IMG/VR virus record: IMGVR_UViG_2927124413_000004
Location: 4,417 to 68,416 of that record
Length of the DNA: 64,000 nucleotides
Strand: one strand, 5' to 3'
From: a virus
A program made the translations under genes and the position numbers. How positions within the stretch are numbered: position 1 is the stretch's first letter; every line of letters begins with the position of its first letter. The notes under the pieces are model-generated. The model searched no databases. It worked only from the letters and a program-made list of their open reading frames with translations, and was not told where the DNA came from. Positions 44,943-53,976 of this stretch are shown here, in pieces.

Positions 44943-47900
44943 CTATCGTAAGCGGCGCCTAATCCTCGCTGCCGTATCTTCTCGGGTCGCTTGGTGATCG
45001 TAGGTTTTGGCTATCACCATCAAAAGCTGCGATGAGACGAACGGATGCGAAGTCTGAAGGGCCAATCCCCACTTGCGATACTTTTCCGCCAGATTACGCT
45101 CTTGGTCGCCGCCTTCGCCGCGCCCGTGAACGCCTCGTGAGTTGTACACGCCAGTATGGGCACCCCGCATCATAGCCTCGGACTGAATGTCCTCCATCAC
45201 ATCGCGCACCGGCTCACACGGCCACACGCCGTCCTTCCCGGTCGGCGCGCCAGACAGCACCTTGCCGACACAGTTATCGGCAATGTCTGCTCGGTCTAGC
45301 TCGGCGCACGATTGGCGTACAGTCGCGAGCCACTTCGCAAGACGTTCAGTCTCCAGTTCCCCAAGGTCGTTGTGACCCGGAATCCTCTCTATGGCTTCGA
45401 GCAACTTGTAGCCGCGCTCAGCCATCGTTGTGACGCGCTCCGGCGGGACTTGGAATTCGGCCGGGTCATTGGCGCCGTCCTTGCGCTTGTACGTCCACGC
45501 GATCGCCTGAACAAAAAGCTCGGGGTGCAATTCGACGTACCGCTCCAGATTAGGGATCCCATAGTGGTTCCGCCTATCCCAACGACGTGCGAGCACCTCG
45601 ATGTAGGCGAACTCAAGACCCGCCTTTTCGTCCATCGTGAGCACGTGGCTACTGTTCAAGTGCTTGAAGCCCTCTTCAATGCTGTGGTGATCGAGCATGT
45701 AGTGACCGGGCTGCTCTTCGCCGCCCAGCGCCATCGCGGACAGCAAATTGAACAGAACCTGCGCGTCAAGCTTGCTGGGTTCATGCCGGATGCACGAAAA
45801 CGCCGCGCGGGGCCGTTTGGCCTTCAACAACCGCTCGACGCTTTCATTGTTCTCTGCATCCGAATTGCGAATCCAATCCGGCGTGACATCGCTCCAATAC
45901 CTGGCATGGGCCACTTCGCTAAGCGCGTCTACCAGCTGCCAGATCCTCTTGCCATACGGCGCAAGAACAAACAGCCGGACGATTTCTTGTTCGGACAATC
46001 CCGCCGCGACGCCACGGAGAACCGCTTCAAGCTTCTCGCTATTTCCTATGAAGCTGTGCAGTGCGCCGCCGATAAGATTCCTGTAGGCGTGAACCTCTTC
46101 CCTGCCTGCGAGGACCGAATCGAGGGCAAGCCGGAGCAATTCTCGAAGTTCTTGCTCGCTCAGCACGAGGGTAGCTAGTATCACTCCGATCATCCATGAT
46201 GCTTTTCCCCGCTTGGAAAGCTCCAGAATCCCGGCAAACCCCCGCTGCTCTATGACTTCGCGTAACGCCTCGGCTCTCAAGCTCTTGATTCGCTCTTCAC
46301 GAGCGTTGTAGTCGTATCTTTCGACATCCTCGATCTCGTCGGCGGATTCTTCGATCCAAGTGTCACGGAAGAGCCACGCATGCTTGTTTAGAAGGTCAAT
46401 CGGCTCGAGCGCCCTATAAGCGGTCTTGCCCGCTGTTGCGAAGCTTGTCGGTTTGCCGCCCTTCTTCGCGCGAACCGCAGCACGCCGCGATAACGTGGCA
46501 ACCCGAATTTTTTCGCGCATTGCGGCCTTATCGCCATCGCTAGCCTTATTCTTTGCCCAATCTTCGATCAAGGTCCAAACGCGGTTCTGATCGGCCTCGA
46601 TGAGACTCTGAAGACGGTCCACCAAGTCGCACAGCATGCTGAGCGAATGGTCTCGCCAGGTGAGAGCCATTTCGATCATCTCACGAACGAACTCGTCAAT
46701 CGGTCCCCGCGTCGAGAATGGTTCGCCGAACCCATATCCGTCGGCACGCCAGCGCGGTTTGTGGCTGTAATCGCCTACTCCGCTATGCGTGCTGAATTGC
46801 GATACGCAAATTTTCCAAGCTACGTCCGGAAATTTTTGCGCCAGCTTCTGCATCAACTCCACCCGCTCTCGATGGCTTGCAGCTGTCTGCGGCATCCAGG
46901 CTCGGAAGATTGATTCCAAAGAGTGCGTCGGCTTGTTGACCCAATTATCGTTGATCTCGACCTGTGCGAGGCGGGCCAGGATGGCGGCGGCGCGCGGCAA
47001 CGTTACCGGGTTCCACGAAAGGCCCTCCAATGCCCACAGGAGACCCGTGCGACTCGGGCTACGCCCGAATACACCTGCATCCGCCGGACGTAGAAGGCCG
47101 AAAACTGCAGGTTCTTTGGACCTGAGATCGCGCTCGATGATCGAAAGGAATTCGTTAGGCGCTGCTTCCGCGTAGGTCGGAAGATCTCTGTCGTGGGCCT
47201 CCAATATCCGCGTGGTCAACGGCGTCGGGAGCAAATCACGCACAACGCGCATCGCCTCAAATTCGGTATCAACGCCGAGATGGCGCTTGAACAAGTTCTC
47301 GCCATGCACAGCCAGCAAGACCAGGGTTTCCGAGATGCCTTCGCGGAAAGCGGCGGAAAATTCGCGCGTCTTTCCATGGAGCGACGCTGCCCAGCGCTGA
47401 TCGTCGTCTAGATCGAGCGCGGGGTCGTCTTCGCCGAGCACCATTCGTGCGATAGCGAAATAGAGGCTTAGGTGTTCAGGCGTCACCGCGCCAGCGATGG
47501 CGTATAGCAGATCAATTTTCGATATCACACCTCTGTAGTGGCCAAGGGACCACATCGGCGCATCGTTCAGCCGAGTAAGGCTCTGACACTCCTTCTCAAG
47601 ATCGTCATAAAGCCTGTCTCCGGCGAGGAGCGATAGACCTAGCTTGTCTGTCTCGTTCTGGCTATTCCACGCACCCACGAAAAGGAAGGGCACGAGGCTC
47701 GCTGCTGTCGGACGGTCCGCCGCCCATTCTGGTGTCCGCACCGCAGGCACCGTCGAAAGTTGACGGCGCAAAACGGTAAGCGACCGGCCGGAAGCGTTCG
47801 TCAGCCGCGAGATCTCATCGCGGTCCTTGCCCATCGCTTCGAGCGCCTTGTTGAAAGTGTCGTAGTTCGCAGGTTCGAGAACAATGTCGGCTTCGGTGGT

Positions 47901-49073
47901 CGCCGCATTGCGCGGGTAAACAACAACGGAGTGCATCGAATTCGCATAGGGGGCGAGTTCGCGCTCGACCTCTCGCGTGAACACGACCGGTATGAAGGTC
48001 TGCGCGCCTGCTGCCAAGCGCGGCAGGACGCCAGGCTTGTCGAACACGAGAACGCTATCTCGGTACGAGGCCAGTTCTTCGCCACCGCGTTCGCCAAGCA
48101 GTTGGGCGAGAAAGGCAAGCGCCTCTTCCGTCGAGTCCGCCGCGACCAAGGTTGGCCGGTCAGCGGGATTCGCCAGGCGCGAGAGCATTGTGCGTTTGGT
48201 CGCCTCGATGGCCGAGCTGAACAGCGCGCCCGTCAAGGGCGGTCTCGAGGCGTCGGCCCAGTCAGCCCAGCACTTGTCTAGCGAACGAACGTGCTGCGCG
48301 GGTATGCCCGCTTCATTGGCGAACCACGCTTGTCCGGGCAGAGACTGCTCCAGCCATTGCTCAAGATCGCTAGCGTCGTATGCGCGAACGTCTTTCCAAA
48401 GTCCTTTTGCCTGTTTTGCTGCAACCCAATCAGCCTTCCCGGGCCAGCGGCGCGGTGTGACGAAAACGAACGTGATCTCCGTGCGCTCCTCCGCACTAAG
48501 GGCCTTAACGCTTTTCTCAAAGTCGCCTTCGGCCTTCGCCTTGGGATTCTCGTTGGTGCCAAATTCCCAGCCGGAGGATCCAGCAGGGACCCAGGGCGTC
48601 CCGTCGCTCGCTTCCGCGATTCCGTCCCATCCAGGACGTTCGGCATCGTCGTTGCCGGGAAAGTCCACCTTAGTCAGCCCACTGCCGGTCGAGTGGACCA
48701 GCGTACGTAAAAAAACTGCCAACCGGCTCCGCGCGGGGATGTTGTGCGCAACCCAACCTTCGATGTCATTGGCCTTGATAGCCAGAAAGGGCGGTACGTA
48801 TGCCTTGGTTTCAGTCGGCGGGTCTATGTGCTTCGCTTGCGCCTCTTCGTACCTCGCTTGCATCGCCATCAGGTCGTTGCGAGGGTAATTGAATGCTTTT
48901 TCTAGGCGCGCTGCCATGTCAGCGGACAAAGCGGCTTTGCCGTTGAGCAGATTCGACAACGCCGGGCGGCCCACACCCATCAACTGGGCGGCTTTCGTGA
49001 CTGACATACCAGGGGGAATAACGTCAGATTTGATGCGGGCTCCCGGATGAGCAGCATCTGCGCGAGCGTCCAT
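44943..49073 (-). CDS. 1376-aa putative anti-phage protein: HigA-type HTH, PD-(D/E)xK-like nuclease, degenerate STAND-like region, helical sensor
   Basis: HPG.RI...MSVT.AA..MGV.R..LS.LLNGKA.LSADMA.RL (HigA antidote HTH); FPG.D...PGWDG...WEFGT...K.KA..D..K; TFVFVTPRRW; VRAYDA.DLEQWL. No canonical Walker A seen. Confidence 0.7.
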   Translation of the reverse strand: MDARADAAHPGARIKSDVIPPGMSVTKAAQLMGVGRPALSNLLNGKAALSADMAARLEKAFNYPRNDLMAMQARYEEAQAKHIDPPTETKAYVPPFLAIKANDIEGWVAHNIPARSRLAVFLRTLVHSTGSGLTKVDFPGNDDAERPGWDGIAEASDGTPWVPAGSSGWEFGTNENPKAKAEGDFEKSVKALSAEERTEITFVFVTPRRWPGKADWVAAKQAKGLWKDVRAYDASDLEQWLEQSLPGQAWFANEAGIPAQHVRSLDKCWADWADASRPPLTGALFSSAIEATKRTMLSRLANPADRPTLVAADSTEEALAFLAQLLGERGGEELASYRDSVLVFDKPGVLPRLAAGAQTFIPVVFTREVERELAPYANSMHSVVVYPRNAATTEADIVLEPANYDTFNKALEAMGKDRDEISRLTNASGRSLTVLRRQLSTVPAVRTPEWAADRPTAASLVPFLFVGAWNSQNETDKLGLSLLAGDRLYDDLEKECQSLTRLNDAPMWSLGHYRGVISKIDLLYAIAGAVTPEHLSLYFAIARMVLGEDDPALDLDDDQRWAASLHGKTREFSAAFREGISETLVLLAVHGENLFKRHLGVDTEFEAMRVVRDLLPTPLTTRILEAHDRDLPTYAEAAPNEFLSIIERDLRSKEPAVFGLLRPADAGVFGRSPSRTGLLWALEGLSWNPVTLPRAAAILARLAQVEINDNWVNKPTHSLESIFRAWMPQTAASHRERVELMQKLAQKFPDVAWKICVSQFSTHSGVGDYSHKPRWRADGYGFGEPFSTRGPIDEFVREMIEMALTWRDHSLSMLCDLVDRLQSLIEADQNRVWTLIEDWAKNKASDGDKAAMREKIRVATLSRRAAVRAKKGGKPTSFATAGKTAYRALEPIDLLNKHAWLFRDTWIEESADEIEDVERYDYNAREERIKSLRAEALREVIEQRGFAGILELSKRGKASWMIGVILATLVLSEQELRELLRLALDSVLAGREEVHAYRNLIGGALHSFIGNSEKLEAVLRGVAAGLSEQEIVRLFVLAPYGKRIWQLVDALSEVAHARYWSDVTPDWIRNSDAENNESVERLLKAKRPRAAFSCIRHEPSKLDAQVLFNLLSAMALGGEEQPGHYMLDHHSIEEGFKHLNSSHVLTMDEKAGLEFAYIEVLARRWDRRNHYGIPNLERYVELHPELFVQAIAWTYKRKDGANDPAEFQVPPERVTTMAERGYKLLEAIERIPGHNDLGELETERLAKWLATVRQSCAELDRADIADNCVGKVLSGAPTGKDGVWPCEPVRDVMEDIQSEAMMRGAHTGVYNSRGVHGRGEGGDQERNLAEKYRKWGLALQTSHPFVSSQLLMVIAKTYDHQATREDTAARIRRRLR

Positions 49074-49164
49074 AAGCAATTCCTCTCAAAGGCGGCCTAG
49101 AATCGGCCGACCGCATCGTGTCGCGCTACACAATACAATCCGCACAGTTGCCTGAAGGAGAGAA

Positions 49165-49266
49165 TAATTTTTCGTGGGAAGATCGCAATTTCCCGGGCAC
49201 CAAGGCGGAAGCGCCGCCGCGCTGGAACATATGGAACCTTCGGATTTTCAGAAGCCCCCCCTCCCC
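49165..49266 (-). other. Candidate cos/packaging-signal region
   Basis: Minus strand GGGGAGGGGGGG...AAAAT, then AGCGC-GGCG-GCGCT, then CACGAAAAATT. Resembles pre-terS regions of cos phages; inference only. Confidence 0.4.
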
Positions 49267-49581
49267 TTGGAAGATTATTCCTAAATTATTTCAGATGTTT
49301 ACCCCACTATCCCATGTCAATGCATAGGTATTTCTGCGCAATCACGTGTTCTCGTTGCATTCCTCACGAGAACAACTGGGAACCCTAGCTCGGCCAGGTA
49401 GCATATGCTGCTACCCATGCAACCCATTGATCGAACTATGCTATTCCATCTCCACCAGACCCTACCCACCCTACCCCATGCAAACGCAACTAATAATCGT
49501 GATTTCAATAGCTTCGGAGGGGCTTCCCTCATCCTCCCCAGGGTGCATCGCGACACCCTCCCAAAAAAAGCTGGAACCTTC

Positions 49582-49614
49582 TTTACACTTATTTCATTTG
49601 CTGCATATATTGCA
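49582..49614 (+). promoter_or_regulatory. Sigma70-like promoter with overlapping palindrome for the TA-like pair
   Basis: TTTACA-N18-TATATT; TGCA-TATAT-TGCA overlaps the -10. Confidence 0.45.
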
Positions 49615-49641
49615 CTTAACTAGAAAACGGGAGTGTGTGCC

Positions 49642-50100
49642 ATGTTAGCGTTGTTGGATCAGGTCAAAGAACCGCTTGTCGCAACCGACGAGGAAGCGGT
49701 GATTGCCAGAGAAGCCGCCGAGAAGCTGAGTTCGGCGGCGCTGGCGGGCGTCGATGTGCGGCTGCGGGTGGCCGAGAAGGCTGACATCGTGGTGCCACTG
49801 CCGGCGCGGGCGGTGGCGATGATTGTCGAGGTGCTCACGGCGATGGCGCAGCGCAAGCCGGTCTCCGTGCTGCCGCACACCGCTGAACTGACGACCAACC
49901 AGGCGGCGGATTTTCTCAACGTGTCGCGGCCGTATCTGGTGGGCCTGCTCGAAAAAGAGCAGATCCCGTACCGTAAGGTTGGCACCCATCGTCGCATCCG
50001 CGTTGCGGATCTCCAGGCCTTCAAGGACTCCTCGAGCAAGACTCGGCGGGAAGCGATTGCTTCCATGGTGGCGGAAGCCCAGAGGCTTAAGCTGCCATGA
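49642..50100 (+). CDS. Excisionase-family HTH protein (VapB50-like antitoxin)
   Basis: ELTTNQAADFLNVSRPYLVGLLEKEQIPYRKVGTHRRI; N-terminal VPLPARAV. Confidence 0.85.
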   Translation: MLALLDQVKEPLVATDEEAVIAREAAEKLSSAALAGVDVRLRVAEKADIVVPLPARAVAMIVEVLTAMAQRKPVSVLPHTAELTTNQAADFLNVSRPYLVGLLEKEQIPYRKVGTHRRIRVADLQAFKDSSSKTRREAIASMVAEAQRLKLP

Positions 50101-50672
50101 TCTCCACGTTTACGGTGGTGTTCGACGCTAACGTTCTCTACGGATCGCGCATCCGAAGCCTGCTCATGGAACTGACCATGAGCGGGCTTTTTCGCGCCAA
50201 GTGGACCGCCGACATCCACCGCGAATGGATGACCGCCATCAACCGCAACACCGGCATCGAGATCGCCCGCCTGCAAAAGATCAAAGACGATATGGATCGC
50301 GCCGTCCCGGATGCATTGGTGACCGGCTACGAGGGCTTGATCCCGGCGCTCGACCTGCCTGATCCGGATGACCGCCACGTGCTGGCGGCGGCCATTCGTT
50401 GCGGCGCCAGCGCCATTGTGACCTTCAACGAAACCGACTTTCCGCCGGCCGCGCTGACCAGCTACGGCATCCACACCAAGCATCCGGACCACTTCATCCA
50501 GGACGTCGACGGCCTGGATCCCGGCGTTGTTGCCGAAGCCGCCAAGGCCGATCGCCTGCATTATCAAAATCCGCCGCTGAGCGTCGGCGAATACATCGAC
50601 GGAATCCGCAGCGCCAATCTCCCGCGGCTGGCATATCACCTCGATAAGGTCCGCGTGTTGCTGGAAGATTGA
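50097..50672 (+). CDS. PIN-domain protein (VapC50-like)
   Basis: VVFDANVL, EW, LPDPDDRHVLAAA, IVTFN..DF, HPD.F. Confidence 0.88.
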   Translation: MISTFTVVFDANVLYGSRIRSLLMELTMSGLFRAKWTADIHREWMTAINRNTGIEIARLQKIKDDMDRAVPDALVTGYEGLIPALDLPDPDDRHVLAAAIRCGASAIVTFNETDFPPAALTSYGIHTKHPDHFIQDVDGLDPGVVAEAAKADRLHYQNPPLSVGEYIDGIRSANLPRLAYHLDKVRVLLED

Positions 50673-50876
50673 GACTCGCAAGCGCCAGGACACCCTACTG
50701 TTAAGCCAGTCGCAGGGTTAAATTGGCGATCGATCCGACATGGCGGTCAATGAGAACTGGTGGGGATAATCAGCGCTCCCTGAACCGTTTGCGTGAGCGC
50801 GTTGTTGACAGCCCCAAATCTGACGAACAACGTCGATCACTCAGTAAAGTCAAAACAAATGAGAGCAGTTGAGCCA

Positions 50877-51245
50877 ATGCGAACAATCGTGCTGACATTA
50901 GTCGCTTCGCTATTGACGTTCGCTTTGTGCACGCACGCGCAGGCTGTCCCGCTAGACGCGGTCATGAAGGACTGTCAACAGAAGACAATCGTTATGGGAC
51001 GAACTGAAGATGGCAAGATGGTAAAAGTCGGTGAACGCATCAGCGGCTATTGCCAAGGCATTTTGGAGGGAGTGTTCGCAGTGCTTCTTCGCGCCGGCAC
51101 GATTTGCGCGAAAGATAAGGCTGTTTCTGCGGATTTCTTGCTGTCCGCCATTCTGACTTATCAGACAGAGACGAAATCGAAAGACAATGATGCGGCTGGC
51201 GTGGCCGAGGCCGCTTTCAAACGAGCCTTCAACTGCTCGAATTAA
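50877..51245 (+). CDS. Secreted Rap1a-like (T6SS amidase immunity fold) protein
   Basis: Signal peptide ending AQA; C...GYCQG..EGV....IC......Y....A.A..AF.C cysteine pattern. Confidence 0.6.
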   Translation: MRTIVLTLVASLLTFALCTHAQAVPLDAVMKDCQQKTIVMGRTEDGKMVKVGERISGYCQGILEGVFAVLLRAGTICAKDKAVSADFLLSAILTYQTETKSKDNDAAGVAEAAFKRAFNCSN

Positions 51246-51326
51246 CCTCCATTTGCCTGAGCAGTCTCAGGTGGGCGCAAAACAGAGAGCGGCTTGTATC
51301 GCCGCGCCGGCTGTGAAGGATTACGC

Positions 51327-51773
51327 ATGACGTGGGCAAGTGGTTTTTTGAGGCTGTGGATTTTACTGGCCCTTCTTTGGTGCGGGGCGATCGTTGCAGT
51401 GTTAGGGAAAGACGAATTCAAGGGGCTTTGGCAGCCGCGGGGCAGAATCGAAGTCGAGTACAAGGGAGACAATAAGGACCTTCTAGATGGCTCGCGCCCG
51501 GTCGAAGAGCTTAGACGGCAGATCATCAACGGAGTGACCAAGGGCGCGTCGACCCTTGCGCAAAGGGGGGATACCGCAGAGGCCAAAAAACGAATCGCCG
51601 AAGCAAACAATTCGGCCGATGAACTGCTCAAGGTCATCGACGACGAAAGTGCAAAGAGGACTGACCAGCTTCACCGGGCGCTGACCATCTTGCTCGTTCC
51701 GCCGATTGCACTCCTCATTTTTGGCGTTGCCATTACTTGGGTGGCAAGTGGCTTCCGCAGGCGAGCGATCTGA
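51327..51773 (+). CDS. Membrane protein, two TM segments flanking a helical loop
   Basis: GFLRLWILLALLW... and LTILLVPPIALLIFGVAITWVASGFRR. Confidence 0.7.
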   Translation: MTWASGFLRLWILLALLWCGAIVAVLGKDEFKGLWQPRGRIEVEYKGDNKDLLDGSRPVEELRRQIINGVTKGASTLAQRGDTAEAKKRIAEANNSADELLKVIDDESAKRTDQLHRALTILLVPPIALLIFGVAITWVASGFRRRAI

Positions 51774-52047
51774 CGCCTTTAGCTCGGCCGTTGGCACGCG
51801 ATCGGTAACGTGGAGATTGGCGAATAGCGGCCGCTGCCCGCGCCATGGTGCCTTCATTATGCCCTCGTGGCGGATTGCGGAACTGGTCAAAGCCCAGGGT
51901 TAGCTGGCGATCGGATCCGACACGGCGGTCAATGAAGTCTTCTACCCACAGGGCACAGGGTGTGCTCGCACAATGGGCCTAGCCGCTCAGCATCCCTTGC
52001 AGTTCGAGGGTGGTGCGGGTGGCACAGGTGGCAGAGGCTCGACTTGG

Positions 52048-52293
52048 CTACCTGGCCCGTGGAAAGCCGAGTGTGCCTGTCCCTCCGAACAGGCAGGACA
52101 GCAGCCCGAAGATGACCACCACGATGGCTATGGCTACGATGGTCCACAGCACGATGACCAGGATCCTCCCGATAATCGGCATGCCGGTGATGTTGTCGAG
52201 GAAGGGAATCAGCAGCTTGATAATCGCAACGATCGCACCGACCACGATCAGCCAGACGATGAGTTGCTCGAGCCATCCGAGGGTGAAGCACAT
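52048..52293 (-). CDS. Small two-TM membrane protein, holin candidate
   Basis: Two long hydrophobic helices and a basic C-terminus; first gene after the late-control region. Confidence 0.55.
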   Translation of the reverse strand: MCFTLGWLEQLIVWLIVVGAIVAIIKLLIPFLDNITGMPIIGRILVIVLWTIVAIAIVVVIFGLLSCLFGGTGTLGFPRAR

Positions 52294-52307
52294 GGCAACT
52301 CCCCATG

Positions 52308-52337
52308 AAAAAACCGGCCTCGAGGACGAAGCCGGTT
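52308..52337 (-). terminator. Terminator hairpin upstream of the late genes
   Basis: Minus strand AACCGGC...GCCGGTT followed by TTTT. Confidence 0.6.
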
Positions 52338-52442
52338 AAGAACGTTGCGTAGTTGGGGTTGCAGGTGCCGTGCGCCGGTCCACCGGATTTAAAGCGCACA
52401 CTTCTGGCCGCGCCTGCGCGCGCGAAGAGAGCACCAGTCAAA

Positions 52443-53045
52443 TCAGCCGTCAATCCAAAATTTAATTTTAGGCGAGCGCTCGAGCCCTGGAAACACCGCC
52501 GGCAACAGCTCGCTGATCGTTTGCTCGGACAAGCCGCGTTCGATCACTGCGCGCCGCAACCGCGCGCGCGCTTCCTTGTACGTCATCACGCGACCGCGTG
52601 ACCTAGCTTCAAGCCGCCATTGCCGGAATGCACGATTGAACCAGATCAATTCGCCGTTGCGATGCGCCTGCTCGATCTTGGCTTCGACCTGCTGCACCAC
52701 GGCGGCGACGCGCTCCATCACGATCGCATGCGGTGTGGTCGGCACATTGAGCGTTTCCGCCGCCGCCTCGATCGCGCTTTGCAGCCTCAACACTGAATTG
52801 CTCGGCAGCATGGTGGCGTTGACCTGCCGCCTGATCATTTCCGCCGCGGCGCGGTCTTTCACCCATAATGCGAAAGCGATCTCGGCGCTGAACCAGCGAC
52901 GCTGCAACGAGATCAAGCTCTGGTGCAGATCCCGCGAGATGCCCACGAACGCCATGCCGACCGGCAACGATGCGACGTAGACCGCGGCGATGCCCAGCGT
53001 CGCTAGATATTCGCGCTCAGCTCGGCGTGGGATCTGGATGCTCAT
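52443..53045 (-). CDS. Phage hypothetical protein
   Basis: Starts MSIQIP with an ATGA overlap. Confidence 0.65.
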   Translation of the reverse strand: MSIQIPRRAEREYLATLGIAAVYVASLPVGMAFVGISRDLHQSLISLQRRWFSAEIAFALWVKDRAAAEMIRRQVNATMLPSNSVLRLQSAIEAAAETLNVPTTPHAIVMERVAAVVQQVEAKIEQAHRNGELIWFNRAFRQWRLEARSRGRVMTYKEARARLRRAVIERGLSEQTISELLPAVFPGLERSPKIKFWIDG

Positions 53046-53209
53046 CGCTCGTCCCTGGTTTTCTCCTCCGCATAGCCCAGCCGCACGCGCTCCTTCCACT
53101 CGGCCATCTCGACGTAGAACTCGGCCCACGCTTGCGGCGTGATCTTGTCGTAGCCGCCGTGTTGTTCGACCAGCGCCTGCAGAGCTGGCGGTGGCATCAG
53201 CTTTCGCAT
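53042..53209 (-). CDS. Small hypothetical protein
   Basis: Coupled overlaps on both sides. Confidence 0.55.
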   Translation of the reverse strand: MRKLMPPPALQALVEQHGGYDKITPQAWAEFYVEMAEWKERVRLGYAEEKTRDER

Positions 53210-53685
53210 CAGAACACCGGCACCTTGCCCTGCCGTAACTGGCTGGCGATGATCTCGCAGCCCTGATCGTGCCGCGCGCGCCAGGTGTCGCCATAGCCGC
53301 CGCGTTTCGCGGCCACCCATCCCGAATCGCGATCGAGCGCATGCGCCAGCGCCACCGCGTTGACGGCGACCAGGAGATTCGGGGATCGCAGCAAAAATTC
53401 CGCCGGCCAGTAGATCGCGATCTCCATCCGCGACACCTCGGCGAGACTGGGCAGCAGCCTGGTCCGGTTCTGCAGCTGCTGGGTTCGCTCCAGCTCGCCC
53501 TGCTCATGCTGCGCTAGGAGATCTTCCCATTCGTAGACATAGGCTGGCCAGCCCGGCCGATAGCCGGCGATCGTCGCCACCGGGAGCATCCGCAACACCC
53601 GCATCGCTTCGCTCAGCCGCCGGCCAACATGCGGTCCATCCCAGGACGCTGGCGCCTCATCGATCACGGTCAGACTGAGCTGCAT
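53209..53685 (-). CDS. Putative late-gene regulator (DUF6362-like)
   Basis: W....V..RL.EA..VL..LP...P..AE+SRME.A..W; Q-like position after the replication genes. Confidence 0.55.
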   Translation of the reverse strand: MQLSLTVIDEAPASWDGPHVGRRLSEAMRVLRMLPVATIAGYRPGWPAYVYEWEDLLAQHEQGELERTQQLQNRTRLLPSLAEVSRMEIAIYWPAEFLLRSPNLLVAVNAVALAHALDRDSGWVAAKRGGYGDTWRARHDQGCEIIASQLRQGKVPVF

Positions 53686-53976
53686 GTCGACCTCCCCAAA
53701 TTTCCGCGTTTGGAGGAGGCTCGGGAGGATGGGGGACTGTAACCATCTATATCCATAGAAGAGATATAGATGTTACGTCCCCATCCATTATCCTCCACGT
53801 AACAGTACGTAATTGTGCGCCGTAACTGTTCCGGCGCGCGCGTTTCTTGCAATGCGATCAGGGCATTCTGCATTTTCATCGATCCGAGTTGCCCGCCTTC
53901 AAAACAGTTTCACCTGGGGCCGAAAGGCCGCCATAACAGACCCCAGAAAAAGTCGAAGTTCCCGTAACACCCTTTC

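Larger units (their letters stand above)
50713..51935 (+). repeat. Imperfect 41-bp direct repeats (50713-50753, 51895-51935) flanking a two-gene cassette
   Basis: CAGGGTTA..TGGCGATCG(G)ATCCGACAYGGCGGTCAATGA in both copies. Confidence 0.85.
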
